64,000 bases of DNA from a phage: the sequence record NC_111505.1, one strand, 5' to 3'. A program made the translations under genes and the position numbers. The notes beneath the pieces were generated by a model. It was given only the letters and a program-made list of their open reading frames with translations, was not told the origin of the DNA and searched no databases. Positions 1 to 9,207 of this stretch are shown here, piece by piece. Positions within the stretch are counted from its first letter, which is position 1, and every line of letters begins with the position of its first letter.

Positions 1-122
1 GTATAAAGGGCAGCATCCAGCATTCTATCTGTGAGTCCATCCATCGGGTGGAGAAACCACCACCCACGCCGGTCAAAGTAACAGCCTGGTGCATCTTCTC
101 TTACACGGATTCGATAAATCAT
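1..122 (-). CDS. hypothetical protein, partial (continues past window start)
   Basis: ATG near 122 on minus strand preceded by AGGAGG about 9 nt upstream; frame stays open to position 1 (MIYRIRVREDAPG...). Confidence 0.3.
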   Translation of the reverse strand, partial: MIYRIRVREDAPGCYFDRRGWWFLHPMDGLTDRMLDAALY

Positions 123-189
123 GGGCAGTGGCCTCCTGTTAGTTATACATCCCAGTTTTCTTCGTTCATCACGTCCTCCCGTTCTATGA

Positions 190-222
190 AGTTATAATTG
201 CACACCTTTCAACCTGTGTCAA
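190..222 (-). promoter_or_regulatory. candidate sigma70-like promoter (TTGACA -35, weak -10)
   Basis: minus-strand TTGACA followed 17-19 nt later by AATTAT/TTATAA, upstream of the partial ORF at 1..122. Confidence 0.25.
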
Positions 223-635
223 CAGAAAACTTCAACAAATTCTTCCACAGTTTTAATGTCGTGGGAAAAAGGTTTACGGCTATAACGGGCAATAGCACTA
301 TCAATCATCGCCCGGTACTCCAAATCTTCAGAATATTTCATGAAGCATTGTAGCGTCTCTGGACAGATAGCTAAATAGCTCCACCACCCCTCTTCAGATT
401 GGTAGTCGAATCCCATACTCTCCAACCATGAAGCATATACACCTGCACCTTCCAGCCAGTGAGTATTTTCATCAAGAAACTTGTTAACAGTCATGTGAGC
501 TTCTAAGCATTTATCCAGCTCTTTTCCGTTAACCAGCCACGCACTGACAGTGGCGCATCCAAAGTCCACAGATTGAGTTGATAGATTGTATTGGTCATAG
601 TTCTCAGGTTTAACAATGATATCTTCTAATGTCAT
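219..635 (-). CDS. hypothetical protein
   Basis: 138-aa ORF from track; no recognisable motif. Confidence 0.5.
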   Translation of the reverse strand: MTLEDIIVKPENYDQYNLSTQSVDFGCATVSAWLVNGKELDKCLEAHMTVNKFLDENTHWLEGAGVYASWLESMGFDYQSEEGWWSYLAICPETLQCFMKYSEDLEYRAMIDSAIARYSRKPFSHDIKTVEEFVEVFC

Positions 636-652
636 TTTTCAGGCCTCTTTAT

Positions 653-682
653 ACAAAAATGCCCCACCCTTTCGGGTAGGGC
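653..682 (-). terminator. rho-independent terminator
   Basis: minus-strand hairpin GCCCTACCC-GAAA-GGGTGGGGC followed by ATTTTTG, just downstream of the SSB-like gene. Confidence 0.55.
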
Positions 683-697
683 TATGTTAACTAGATG

Positions 698-1924
698 TTA
701 AAAAGGTATGTCATCACAGAACTCGTACTGTGCCGGATTCTGATCCATCGGGTCATCTCCGTCATCATCTACAGGAGGGGCGTCTACAGTGTTTTGCTGT
801 GGAGTGACTTCCTGTTTGGCAGCTTGAGGTTCTTGATGCTCAGTAGTCCCAGCACCATTCTTGATCCAATCATACAACGGTTCAGCAAGATTAGTCAAGA
901 CATCTTTTGCCTCTGCAGTAATTGCTGCTGCAAAATCATCAACTTTCGTTTTCTTGTCAATACGGCGACAAGCGTTCAATACCGCATTACCAACACTGGC
1001 ACCTACTTCATCTTCAGTTCGATTGGTGGCTTGAGCGTACTCTTTCTTAAGCTCGATGGTGACCACGTGCAATGTTTTAGCCACATCTAAAGGGCTGTCA
1101 ACCTTGAATCCGCGATCTAGGATGATCTGCAACGCATTAATGCTGTGCCCCGTCTCTACACCAATAGGGTCGTAAGAGGATTTACGCTTTCCACCAGAAC
1201 CTTGAGTACCGTTCTCTGCTTTAGGCGGGTAGGCCTTGAAGCCGCTGATAATATTCCCGGTGTCTTTGTCAACAATAGCTGCAACACGACCGCCAACCAC
1301 CAGGTCTTTAAGCTGCTCATCAGAGACAACCATAGCACCTTCGCCAATCTTGTGGTCATTGACAGTAACCACGTTACCAACAATCTGAGTCACATCCCCA
1401 TAGATGCGTAAAACGTCCTGATTGGCATTCTGCTGGGGTTTCTGCTTCTGGCCTTGTGATTGTGTGCCTTGTTGCTGTTTTTGTTGCTGTGGAGCTGCTG
1501 GAGCCTCTCCTGCCCCCAGCTTAACCATTTTAGCCAATGAGCCTTTGTAGTAGGTCTTACCGTTATGCTCATTTGCCTTTAAAGGAATATTTACGATCCA
1601 TCCTGGCGTTACTGTTTCCCACTTGTCATCAATTTTAACAGAGACGGAATCTTGATGACCAGGTTTGAGCAATTTATCACCCATGCTGATCCAAACTTCT
1701 TCACCACCTTGAAGTAGGTTATCAGAAGAATCCAGTTCAGAAATCAGTAAGGAGATGGTGTGACTGGACTCGATTTTCTTACCTTGCCACACAGTGGTTT
1801 TAATACCTGTTGTAGGATCAGCACCTTTGATAGGTTTGATGCTGACACGTTTAATCATACCGTGAGCCAGTAAAACAGTTTCACGCGGATTCATCGGGTT
1901 GGCAAATTGTTGAATAACGCTCAT
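698..1924 (-). CDS. putative ssDNA-binding protein with E. coli SSB-like acidic C-terminal tip
   Basis: protein ends ...DDDGDDPMDQNPAQYEFCDDIPF (SSB tip is DDDIPF); Q-rich linker; start set at internal ATG 1924 because it overlaps the upstream stop (TAATG) and has AAGGAG upstream; N-terminal OB fold not verified. Confidence 0.5.
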   Translation of the reverse strand: MSVIQQFANPMNPRETVLLAHGMIKRVSIKPIKGADPTTGIKTTVWQGKKIESSHTISLLISELDSSDNLLQGGEEVWISMGDKLLKPGHQDSVSVKIDDKWETVTPGWIVNIPLKANEHNGKTYYKGSLAKMVKLGAGEAPAAPQQQKQQQGTQSQGQKQKPQQNANQDVLRIYGDVTQIVGNVVTVNDHKIGEGAMVVSDEQLKDLVVGGRVAAIVDKDTGNIISGFKAYPPKAENGTQGSGGKRKSSYDPIGVETGHSINALQIILDRGFKVDSPLDVAKTLHVVTIELKKEYAQATNRTEDEVGASVGNAVLNACRRIDKKTKVDDFAAAITAEAKDVLTNLAEPLYDWIKNGAGTTEHQEPQAAKQEVTPQQNTVDAPPVDDDGDDPMDQNPAQYEFCDDIPF

Positions 1925-2289
1925 TATTTGTCTCCTTGTTCTTCGTTGGTGTTTGCTGTGTGTGCAAACCCTGCTTGAATTAATTTGTCTTGCACTTGAG
2001 CCAACAGGCCCATTGCAAAACTTGTCGTCCCAGAAAGGGCCATTAGCATATCTCGTTGCTGAGCTACCCAACCTAAGGCATAATCCAAACGACGATATTT
2101 TTCTTCTTCGCGCAGAGCCTGAAATAATTGTTCAGCCTCTGGTTGTTGTGTGAGCTCCTGAAGTCTCCCCATGAAAGAAGAAAGCACTAGCAGAAGAGAC
2201 ACTTGATCTTTACTTAACCCTAAGAAAAATTCTTGAGGTTGTTCTTGCTCGTTCATCGCAACCGACGTTTGATCGTTCATTTGTTCCAT
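1924..2289 (-). CDS. hypothetical protein (Q/E-rich)
   Basis: 121-aa ORF; stop overlaps the next start. Confidence 0.45.
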   Translation of the reverse strand: MEQMNDQTSVAMNEQEQPQEFFLGLSKDQVSLLLVLSSFMGRLQELTQQPEAEQLFQALREEEKYRRLDYALGWVAQQRDMLMALSGTTSFAMGLLAQVQDKLIQAGFAHTANTNEEQGDK

Positions 2290-2372
2290 TATGGAATCTC
2301 CGATTTTATTTGAACAACATAGAAGGAGACACTATTTTAGCATCTCCTTCTGCAAATTACAATAGGTATTTG

Positions 2373-2618
2373 TTAGCCAATCACTTCAAAAGTTCCCCAA
2401 TTCCCGTCCAGCAGGCAGGTGATCGGATCACCATCATCGTCAATTATTTCAAAGTTTTCAACATCCAGAGTATGGTCATCGAACACAATACTTTTGTCAC
2501 CACCGCCAGAAACAACAGTGTATTCCTTACCTTGAGTCAAGTTTTGACACCCTTTGCCACCAAAACCCACTTCAACACAACGTACTTTCTGTCCTGCGCG
2601 AGCAACTACTTCAGTCAT
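2373..2618 (-). CDS. small hypothetical protein (acidic DDDGD motif)
   Basis: 81-aa ORF; IIDDDGDPITC motif resembles the small paralog family at 3.3-5.1 kb. Confidence 0.45.
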   Translation of the reverse strand: MTEVVARAGQKVRCVEVGFGGKGCQNLTQGKEYTVVSGGGDKSIVFDDHTLDVENFEIIDDDGDPITCLLDGNWGTFEVIG

Positions 2619-2635
2619 CTTAAGGTCTCCTGATA

Positions 2636-2956
2636 TTAATCGTCAAGTTCAAAATAGATTTTAACAGCTTCGTCGAAGATTGGAATCCCGATGTTGTTGA
2701 TAAGCTGCCAAACTACCATATCTTTTCCTGGATCTGGGAGAATGTCAACCTTTCTCCATGCGCTGTAGATCCAGTTTGGACCACCTTCTGCGCTAACTGG
2801 AAGATTTTCACCAGCTTCCTGCAGATACTTATACAGCAAAAGATATTCTGGGTACTCTAGAACACTATCCTCTGTGGTATACAGTAGTTCACGGTATACT
2901 TTCAGGAACCCTTCTGGTGTAATGTTTTCAGTCTTCATTTGCTGCTTCTCCTGCAT
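2636..2956 (-). CDS. hypothetical protein
   Basis: 106-aa ORF; start may be the internal Met near 2938. Confidence 0.4.
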   Translation of the reverse strand: MQEKQQMKTENITPEGFLKVYRELLYTTEDSVLEYPEYLLLYKYLQEAGENLPVSAEGGPNWIYSAWRKVDILPDPGKDMVVWQLINNIGIPIFDEAVKIYFELDD

Positions 2957-3332
2957 TCATCAGATCTGCCATAGCGTCACCCACGAATAGGACAACCACG
3001 TCGTTGACAGCGTCAGCATCATCTTTATTAATGTTGCTGAATTTGGGGCACACTGCAATGACCATATATACCCCGTTGCCCAACTGAACAGTGCGTGTAG
3101 TGCACATCAGTGTGGTGTTTGTGCCTTCTTTAAAGGCAAATCCTTGCAGACGTTCTTCCAGAGAGTCGCCTGTTGATTTCAACAAGGCAAGATCGCCCAA
3201 TGCGTAGGTAGTGTCCTCATAGGTCAGTCCAGAGGTCAGTGTTGCCTTTCCATCAGAAACTATAATAACCCCATCGGCACCGTCAAGCTCGGAGGCTTCA
3301 AAGATATTGATATCCCAAATGTTTTTCATCAC
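2928..3332 (-). CDS. hypothetical protein
   Basis: 134-aa ORF. Confidence 0.45.
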   Translation of the reverse strand: MMKNIWDINIFEASELDGADGVIIVSDGKATLTSGLTYEDTTYALGDLALLKSTGDSLEERLQGFAFKEGTNTTLMCTTRTVQLGNGVYMVIAVCPKFSNINKDDADAVNDVVVLFVGDAMADLMNAGEAANED

Positions 3333-3661
3333 TCTGCCTCATCATCTAAGTAATCATCAAGAGAGGTGAAGATTTCACCGAAGTATTCTAAGATTTCTAG
3401 CTCGCGTGTGGTGCAGCAAACATAATCTCCCTGGTCGTCCTTGATAGTAGCCTCTTTACCCAGCACATCCACTTCAAATTCGTCGTTCAACAGGACGGCC
3501 CCTGTGTAAACTTTGTCAGCTGTGCAGTCCCGAAAAGCAGAGTCCTTTTCCAGATAGTCTGGCTTAACCTTGGCTTTAATTCGTTGATATTGTTTGGTCA
3601 TTGCTGTGGTCCCCTTTCGTTTTGATAGGGCCATTATATTAGGCCCCATCACTGTTGTCAA
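3329..3661 (-). CDS. small paralog family protein
   Basis: 110 aa; shares FRDCT...KDDQGDYVCCT motif with 3665..3919. Confidence 0.5.
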   Translation of the reverse strand: MTTVMGPNIMALSKRKGTTAMTKQYQRIKAKVKPDYLEKDSAFRDCTADKVYTGAVLLNDEFEVDVLGKEATIKDDQGDYVCCTTRELEILEYFGEIFTSLDDYLDDEAE

Positions 3662-3664
3662 GTA

Positions 3665-3919
3665 TTAATGTTCAGGTTTTACAAAAACTACTTCATTAAC
3701 AGTGCACCAGACAGAGTCTCCTTCATCATCTTTAAAGGTAAGGCACTGGGCTGAGTTTTCCAGCTCATCAATCTCTTCTTGTGATAAAGGGGCCCCTTCT
3801 TCCAGAAGGGCTTTTACCAGAGGGTTCTCACAAAACTCTGCTTCATAAATTGCACCGACTGTGCAATCCCTCAAAGCCCGGTCATTTGCAACACATTCTG
3901 GCTTCAAAGTAATTTTCAT
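3665..3919 (-). CDS. small paralog family protein
   Basis: 84 aa; LRDCT...KDDEGDSVWCT. Confidence 0.5.
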   Translation of the reverse strand: MKITLKPECVANDRALRDCTVGAIYEAEFCENPLVKALLEEGAPLSQEEIDELENSAQCLTFKDDEGDSVWCTVNEVVFVKPEH

Positions 3920-3995
3920 CTTGGCAGTCTCCTTAGTTATTTAAAAATCAACGCTCTGTTTGTGTGAAGCATCTTATACCTAATCTTACTTCTTG

Positions 3996-4394
3996 TCAAT
4001 GACTATTTTCAATCATCCACACAGGGTCTAGGTAAATTTGTTGGCGTTTTGCCCAATGACAAACTTCATTGTACATCTGAATCTCTTTGTCCGTCAGTTC
4101 ACGAATAGGCTCATCTATACCCTCATTTTTGTGGTAATCCCATTCGGCATCGATTTCCCACAACCATGACTTACGATCTTCACGTTTACGCACACAGAAG
4201 TCCCCAGGACGGCCTGCCAGTGCATTTAAGAACTCGTTCTCCGCTCGCTCCTGGAGAATACTAAGGAGCAAAACGTTGGAGCATGACCGCAAAATATGCT
4301 TCAGCTCACAATCATCGATCTCAACTTCAATACGTTGCTTGACTGTGTGGGTACCTTTTACTAACATTCTGCCTCCTCTAGACAAACTCTGCAA
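3996..4394 (-). CDS. hypothetical protein
   Basis: 132-aa ORF; true start possibly internal. Confidence 0.4.
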   Translation of the reverse strand: MQSLSRGGRMLVKGTHTVKQRIEVEIDDCELKHILRSCSNVLLLSILQERAENEFLNALAGRPGDFCVRKREDRKSWLWEIDAEWDYHKNEGIDEPIRELTDKEIQMYNEVCHWAKRQQIYLDPVWMIENSH

Positions 4395-4572
4395 GGGTTG
4401 TGTTGTTCACTGCACCGCAGTAGATGGAATACCCCAACCCATTATGGTGCAGAAACCACGGCACACCTTGGTCATCCTTCACGTATACATCTCCATTTTC
4501 CGTAAAGGGCCAATACTCCTCTCCGAGGGTAAAATACCTACTCATACCTTCAGCCAGATACTTTACTTTCAT
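4378..4572 (-). CDS. small paralog family protein
   Basis: 64 aa; KDDQGVPWFLHHNGLGYSIY motif. Confidence 0.45.
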   Translation of the reverse strand: MKVKYLAEGMSRYFTLGEEYWPFTENGDVYVKDDQGVPWFLHHNGLGYSIYCGAVNNTTLAEFV

Positions 4573-4796
4573 AGATCCTCTTCAACAGCTACAAACTTGG
4601 CAAGTAGGGTGGTTCCATAGATATGATACTCACCATTTGCCAGATGGGAGATAAACCAGGCAACACCTTCCTCGTCTTCGATCATATTGTTCCTGCGATC
4701 CTTATCGTAGTAAACCTTGTAGACCTTACCTTCTTCAAAGAATGACAGGTCTGTCATCTTTTCTTCTACAAACGTCGCTTTAACCAAAGTTGTCAT
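4569..4796 (-). CDS. small paralog family protein
   Basis: 75 aa; EDEEGVAWFISHLANGEYHIY motif. Confidence 0.5.
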   Translation of the reverse strand: MTTLVKATFVEEKMTDLSFFEEGKVYKVYYDKDRRNNMIEDEEGVAWFISHLANGEYHIYGTTLLAKFVAVEEDL

Positions 4797-5077
4797 TGAT
4801 CTGCCTCCTTCTTGTTGAGCCGGAACACTGCAATAATAGCATTTCCAAGATGCAGTGTCAAATCATTTCCCAGATACCATAACATTCCACGGTCATCTTT
4901 AATGAAAGGGTAACAATCCGGTGCCTTCCAGACATTATACACTTTGCCGACCTGAAAGAAATCAGGCCCTGTTGGAATTTTAGTACCTGGCCACACTTGA
5001 GACACCTGAACGCACTCTACCTGCATAATAACAGGAATAGTCATGGAGGTAAATGTTTTTGTCGGTTCTACTACCAT
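4793..5077 (-). CDS. small paralog family protein
   Basis: KDDRGMLWYLGNDLTLHLGN motif; start moved to the internal ATG (track start 5167) because GAGGAG lies 6 nt upstream and the longer ORF would overlap polymerase exon 2. Confidence 0.45.
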   Translation of the reverse strand: MVVEPTKTFTSMTIPVIMQVECVQVSQVWPGTKIPTGPDFFQVGKVYNVWKAPDCYPFIKDDRGMLWYLGNDLTLHLGNAIIAVFRLNKKEADQ

Positions 5078-5126
5078 AAAAGTCTCCTCTCTATCTAACA
5101 ACACTTCCGTGTGTTGATAGTTTACA

Positions 5127-5480
5127 TTAGTGACAATCGCCCCAGTTACGACCACACAAGTATTCACCTGTGATCTGGAACGGAACGCCCATCATTTTAG
5201 AAGCTTGCCAGAAGCAATGCACCACCATTTCACCCACAGGGCTCCAGATAAGTTCAAGCTTTCCGTCATCGTTCAGAATAGGATCGTACACCGTGTTTCC
5301 GTCTCTGTCAACCACTTCGTTTCCGTTCTCATCCTTGCGTGCCTTTTTGTACTTATGACCGTCAAACACATGAAGTTTGGCCTCCTGTTCTGCCTTAAAT
5401 GCTTCCAGTTCTTCAATTGTGTCGAAGGTGTACACAGTCTTATACTTAGGCGTGTCAGGGACTTGAAGTTGGTACTCATC
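5127..5480 (-). CDS. DNA polymerase, family A (T7-like), exon 2: motif C DE and C-terminal tail
   Basis: begins DEYQLQV, completing HDE with exon 1; ends ...GRNWGDCH, which I recall resembling the T7 gene 5 C-terminus (...GPNWAICH); the track ORF 5127..5483 is this exon with an artefactual TTG start. Confidence 0.6.
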   Translation of the reverse strand, partial: DEYQLQVPDTPKYKTVYTFDTIEELEAFKAEQEAKLHVFDGHKYKKARKDENGNEVVDRDGNTVYDPILNDDGKLELIWSPVGEMVVHCFWQASKMMGVPFQITGEYLCGRNWGDCH

Positions 5481-5756
5481 CAATAGTTCAGGTAGGTCGT
5501 TAAGCTACCCCGCACCATTACGTGCATAGCCATACGTTTTCACGTAGGATCGGACCATCTCATATTCCTATGATAAGCAACCACAGGAATCCTCCCATTT
5601 CGACCGCACTTGCTGGTCTACTTCCTTTCGGAATGGCCTCTGAGCGTTCGCTCTTTTGAGCGCTTCGTTGCGGATTACCTTGCCATAAGGTTTAGGCTTC
5701 CCGCAGTTAAAGAGGTTATTCGACATAGATTACTCTATGAAGCCACAATGTTATTT
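5481..5756 (-). ncRNA. candidate group I self-splicing intron (276 nt, no ORF) in the DNA polymerase gene
   Basis: exon 1 ends in U (CAU His); in-frame UAA three codons into the intron; guide-like UGUGG can pair with CCAU|A giving a G.U at the splice site; UGCGGGAA (P-like) can pair with AAUCCGCA (Q-like); hairpins with GUAA and GAAA loops; last intron nt is G; splicing rebuilds YYH|DEYQLQV. Confidence 0.6.
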
Positions 5757-8700
5757 ATGGTAATAAATAATACGACGAACACCTTCATCGTACCACCCAC
5801 GCTTCACCATTTGGTGGTGCATGAGTATCCCAACTAAGTCACACAACGATGCACCACCATTTTGTTGGTATGCATTAAGTAAAGAGTGTTTAGATCGAGT
5901 CCAGATGGCATGACCATCAAAAGAGTAGATAAACTTCTTACCTGTTGCTTCCCAGAATTTCTCCAGATCCTCTTTGCGCCCCTTAAGACCAGGGTTGGCA
6001 TCCCAAAGCGCATCGATTACCTTTTGCCCTAACTCTGGGGAGATATCCAGCATGTCTGCAACTTTATCTTTTTGTGCCCCGTACATAACACCGTACGTGA
6101 CAGGCTTACCATCGTTACGGGAAATCTCCTTGCCTGCTACAGAAGAGTAAGCTTTGGCGTTATTACAGTTACCGCACACTGCCACTTTACCATTCCTTCT
6201 CACAATGATTGCTCCAGAAGGGACGGTAACGCAATAAACCAAAGAACCACTCACCTCGACAGACTCTTTAGATAGTGTCAGCAACCCTGCTCTCTGTTTG
6301 CTACCAATCGTGATTCTGTGCTGTACGGAACGACCTTTTTTGTGAATCGCCACCGTATTATTCCGTAAACCACACTGAGTAGCCAGCGCAGACACAACCT
6401 CTACAGATTTCTTCCTGCACTCGGCCTGAGAGTAGTAGGCAACTTTTCCACCTTCGGAAGATACCCACCCGTCCCAGTTAGATAAAGAAGCTATAAACAG
6501 GTTTTTAGATTCTTTATCAAGGTCCATCAGGTTGTAGGTGAAATCCTTATTGCTGTCCAAAAACTCAAATACCCAGGACGGAACGTGGAATTGGAACCTT
6601 CTCGCCAGTAAGCCCCCTTTTGTGGTTTTCCCGCCCTGCTCTACATAACTAAGGCTTAGAGCAGAAAAAGTATCTAAAAGCGTTGCAACTTTTCTGCCCT
6701 TCCCGACCTGAATCCTGCACACGATGCTGCCGTCCTTATTTGTATGCAAGTGTCCATCATCGTGAATAGCAATAAGCAAATTAATCTGGGCAGGAGATAA
6801 GGTTGTATTCCCATAAAACTCTGCCGCATGGATAAACCTTCTTCCTGAATTAGACCCTTTACCTGCTTTCAGGTCTTTTGCCAAATCTTCAAACAATTTA
6901 TTGCTTCTGTGATCCACGGTCAGCATCCTGTGTTGATCTGTAACCATAAAATCCACACCGCTGTTGTGGAAATGATACATATCCCCACAATAACCACGCT
7001 TAACGTAATTTAATGGTGTAACAAGGTTCATCGACGAGGTGTTGTGATCGTACTGGAACACTTGTGTTCCCGGATCAAGATCTTCAAACCTCACCCACCC
7101 TTTCTCCGTGAGAATTTGTGTATCTCCTGAATAACAGTGTGCATCGCCGTTACTTACAACATCATAATACAAGCCGTTGTCGAACTCAAAGGCACCCCAA
7201 GCCCCGATAAGCTGCTCTAAGTTGGACCCGTCAATACCGATCTCAAAGTATCCTGGAGGAACGCCCCACAGACTACGCATCTCTTTACCCATAACCACTT
7301 TAGGAGATGGTTTAGGCATGTTTGCACAAATACTGTGTTTCTGTCTGGAAGTGTTTGTCAATCCAGAACTTTTAGCAGGAAGCTTGTGGTCAATCTTCAG
7401 ACGTGGATGATTAAGAAGACCAGTATCAACCTTATCCTCCTTGATTGGATCAAGTACCGATCTACGGTTTCGCAAGGATAACCACAAGACGATATCTTTA
7501 GCCATCTCTCCGTTCAACTTTTCAAGATTCGGACATAGGTGTCCAAACGTATCTTTCAGTTGCGGAGAAGTAATAAGCGCTCTGGCTTTTCTACGTATCT
7601 TCCCAAACACTTCCTTTTTAATCCTTTCTGAGTTAGGGAAGCTTCGGAACTTGTGCACGGTTGTCTGAAACTTAGCATCAGTTTTGTTCCAGAAGTTGAT
7701 AATTAGGTCACAATACTCTGACTCTAAAAGCTCGTCCATATATGCATATACTCGTGCATCAACATCAGCATCAGGCAGAGCTTTCTTCTTGCTGTCCTTG
7801 GTTACATCTTTAGTTCTCCACATTGTTGGGAGCCAACCAGCGCTGATCAAATATCGCTTAATATCGTCCTGGTTGCTGATCTTCATAGGTATCTTGCAGT
7901 CAGGCATCCGCTTCTGCTGCAGATCACTTATTGCCTGATCCATTAGTTCTTTAGGTAAAGGATGTGGTGTCGAGGTACCTTTAATATACCCCCTTAAGAA
8001 ATCAGCCATCTTATCGGGGTCTTTGCAGCCCATCTCTTCACACCATTTTATCCCCATTTTGCTGACATCTCCTGTGGAGGTAAAGGCTCGCTTAGGTGGG
8101 GCTTTGAATTCTAAAGCACTCATGTCCACAGGATAGCCAAGCTTGTCTTTTAACCATTTCCAACCGTTATTAGAGATTGTCCCATCTTGGTTAAACGGCT
8201 TTTCAGGGAACTTAGGCCGCTGAGACATTGATAGCTCTTTTAGAGGAAGTTGTGGTTCAACACGATCAGCGATCTCTTTCATCCACGCATCGCAGCGGTC
8301 ACGTAAAGCAATAGCCCCATCTATGTCGAAATACACACCCTGTCGAGCCTGCAGCTCCATCAGGAAATGCTGCAGCATGCCTCGGCGTAATGCATTCTTC
8401 CAGGTGATCTTCTTGAAGCCTTTCGGCTTCTCTTTGGCAGGATCGTACATAAAGTTCTGCATGTCAGATTTGCCGTAGAATACACCTTTTGATTCTGCTA
8501 CCAACTCCTTCCAGAGCAACTCCTGGATGATAACGTCCTCGAACACACGATCCACATACTTCCACAGCGGAAGCTCACGCCAGTCATCGATTTGAACTTT
8601 CTGGTTACCAAGGGCATAGCCCCATGCCATAAGGCCATGAGGCCCAACAGGTTGCATTTTCTTGGTAACTGGATTGAATACTGCGTCCGGACAACCTTTT

Positions 8701-9149
8701 GGCAAAGGGCGGTCAGGCCACAAGATTCGACTCATCGCCAACGTATCAAATAGATTAACTTGGTGGTCGTTGATAGTCCCCATGCATTTAGGATCACGGA
8801 ACATATCAAAATGAACACCGGATAATCTTTCCATCAGCATAAAGTCATAGCTGTAGCAGTTATGACAGTTCAAAGCCGTAGGTGACCAGTCTGAATTGCC
8901 TGTAAGCCAGCCTTCCAACTCTGAAAAATCTGCTATGCGAGCCTCAAAATCTTTATAAAGAGTTTTCTTTGCCAGAATAAAGTTCTTAGCCTTTTCTACA
9001 TCCTCTTCAGAGTAGTGTGTGCGGTCATTTAGAGGAAGGAACAGCATAAAACGGTTCTTATTCAGCTCTTTAAACAAACCGCAGTGATAATAAAGATCTG
9101 GATCTTCCAAAAGCCCGGAGGCCTCCAAGTCGAACGACCACATGCTCAT
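5757..9149 (-). CDS. DNA polymerase, family A (T7-like), exon 1 with embedded intein
   Basis: N-terminal exonuclease motif SFDLEASGL...HCG (T7 gp5-like); motif A IDGSNLEQLIGA; motif B RNDGKPVTYGVMYG; AAGGAG 8 nt upstream of ATG 9149; ORF stops 2 codons after the His of motif C. Confidence 0.85.
6168..7136 (-). mobile_element. intein (323 aa) with LAGLIDADG-type homing endonuclease domain, inside DNA polymerase
   Basis: inserted after GDAH between motifs A and B; block A CYSGDTQIL; block B TDQH; LAGLIDADG-like LLIAIHDDGH and FIASLSNWDGW; ends ...VAVCGN followed by Cys+1 (penultimate Gly, not His); flanking extein aligns with T7 NGDIHT. Confidence 0.75.
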
Positions 9150-9207
9150 ATACAGTTCTCCTTAAAGGGGAGGCGGTTGTACTACCCCTCCCACTCTTGG
9201 TTAAACA

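Noticed and set aside
695-1572. Track ORFs inside or antisense to the SSB-like gene (695..1090 +, 1145..1411 +, 1156..1383 -, 1390..1572 -)
   Set aside because: Embedded in a longer ORF with a recognisable product; low-complexity translations; no initiation signals
5127-5483. 118-aa ORF with an M start listed as a separate gene
   Set aside because: Its first codon is TTG and its second and third codons are the DE that complete polymerase motif C; treated as polymerase exon 2 rather than an independent gene
5273-5533. 86-aa ORF in the track (minus strand) lying in the polymerase intron/exon 2 region
   Set aside because: Lies partly in the candidate group I intron and partly out of frame in exon 2; no RBS; best explained as a chance ORF
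9150-9207. GC-rich imperfect inverted repeat upstream of the polymerase start (GGGGAGG...CCCCTCC)
   Set aside because: Stem has mismatches and no U-run; more likely part of the RBS context (AAGGAG 8 nt before ATG) than a terminator
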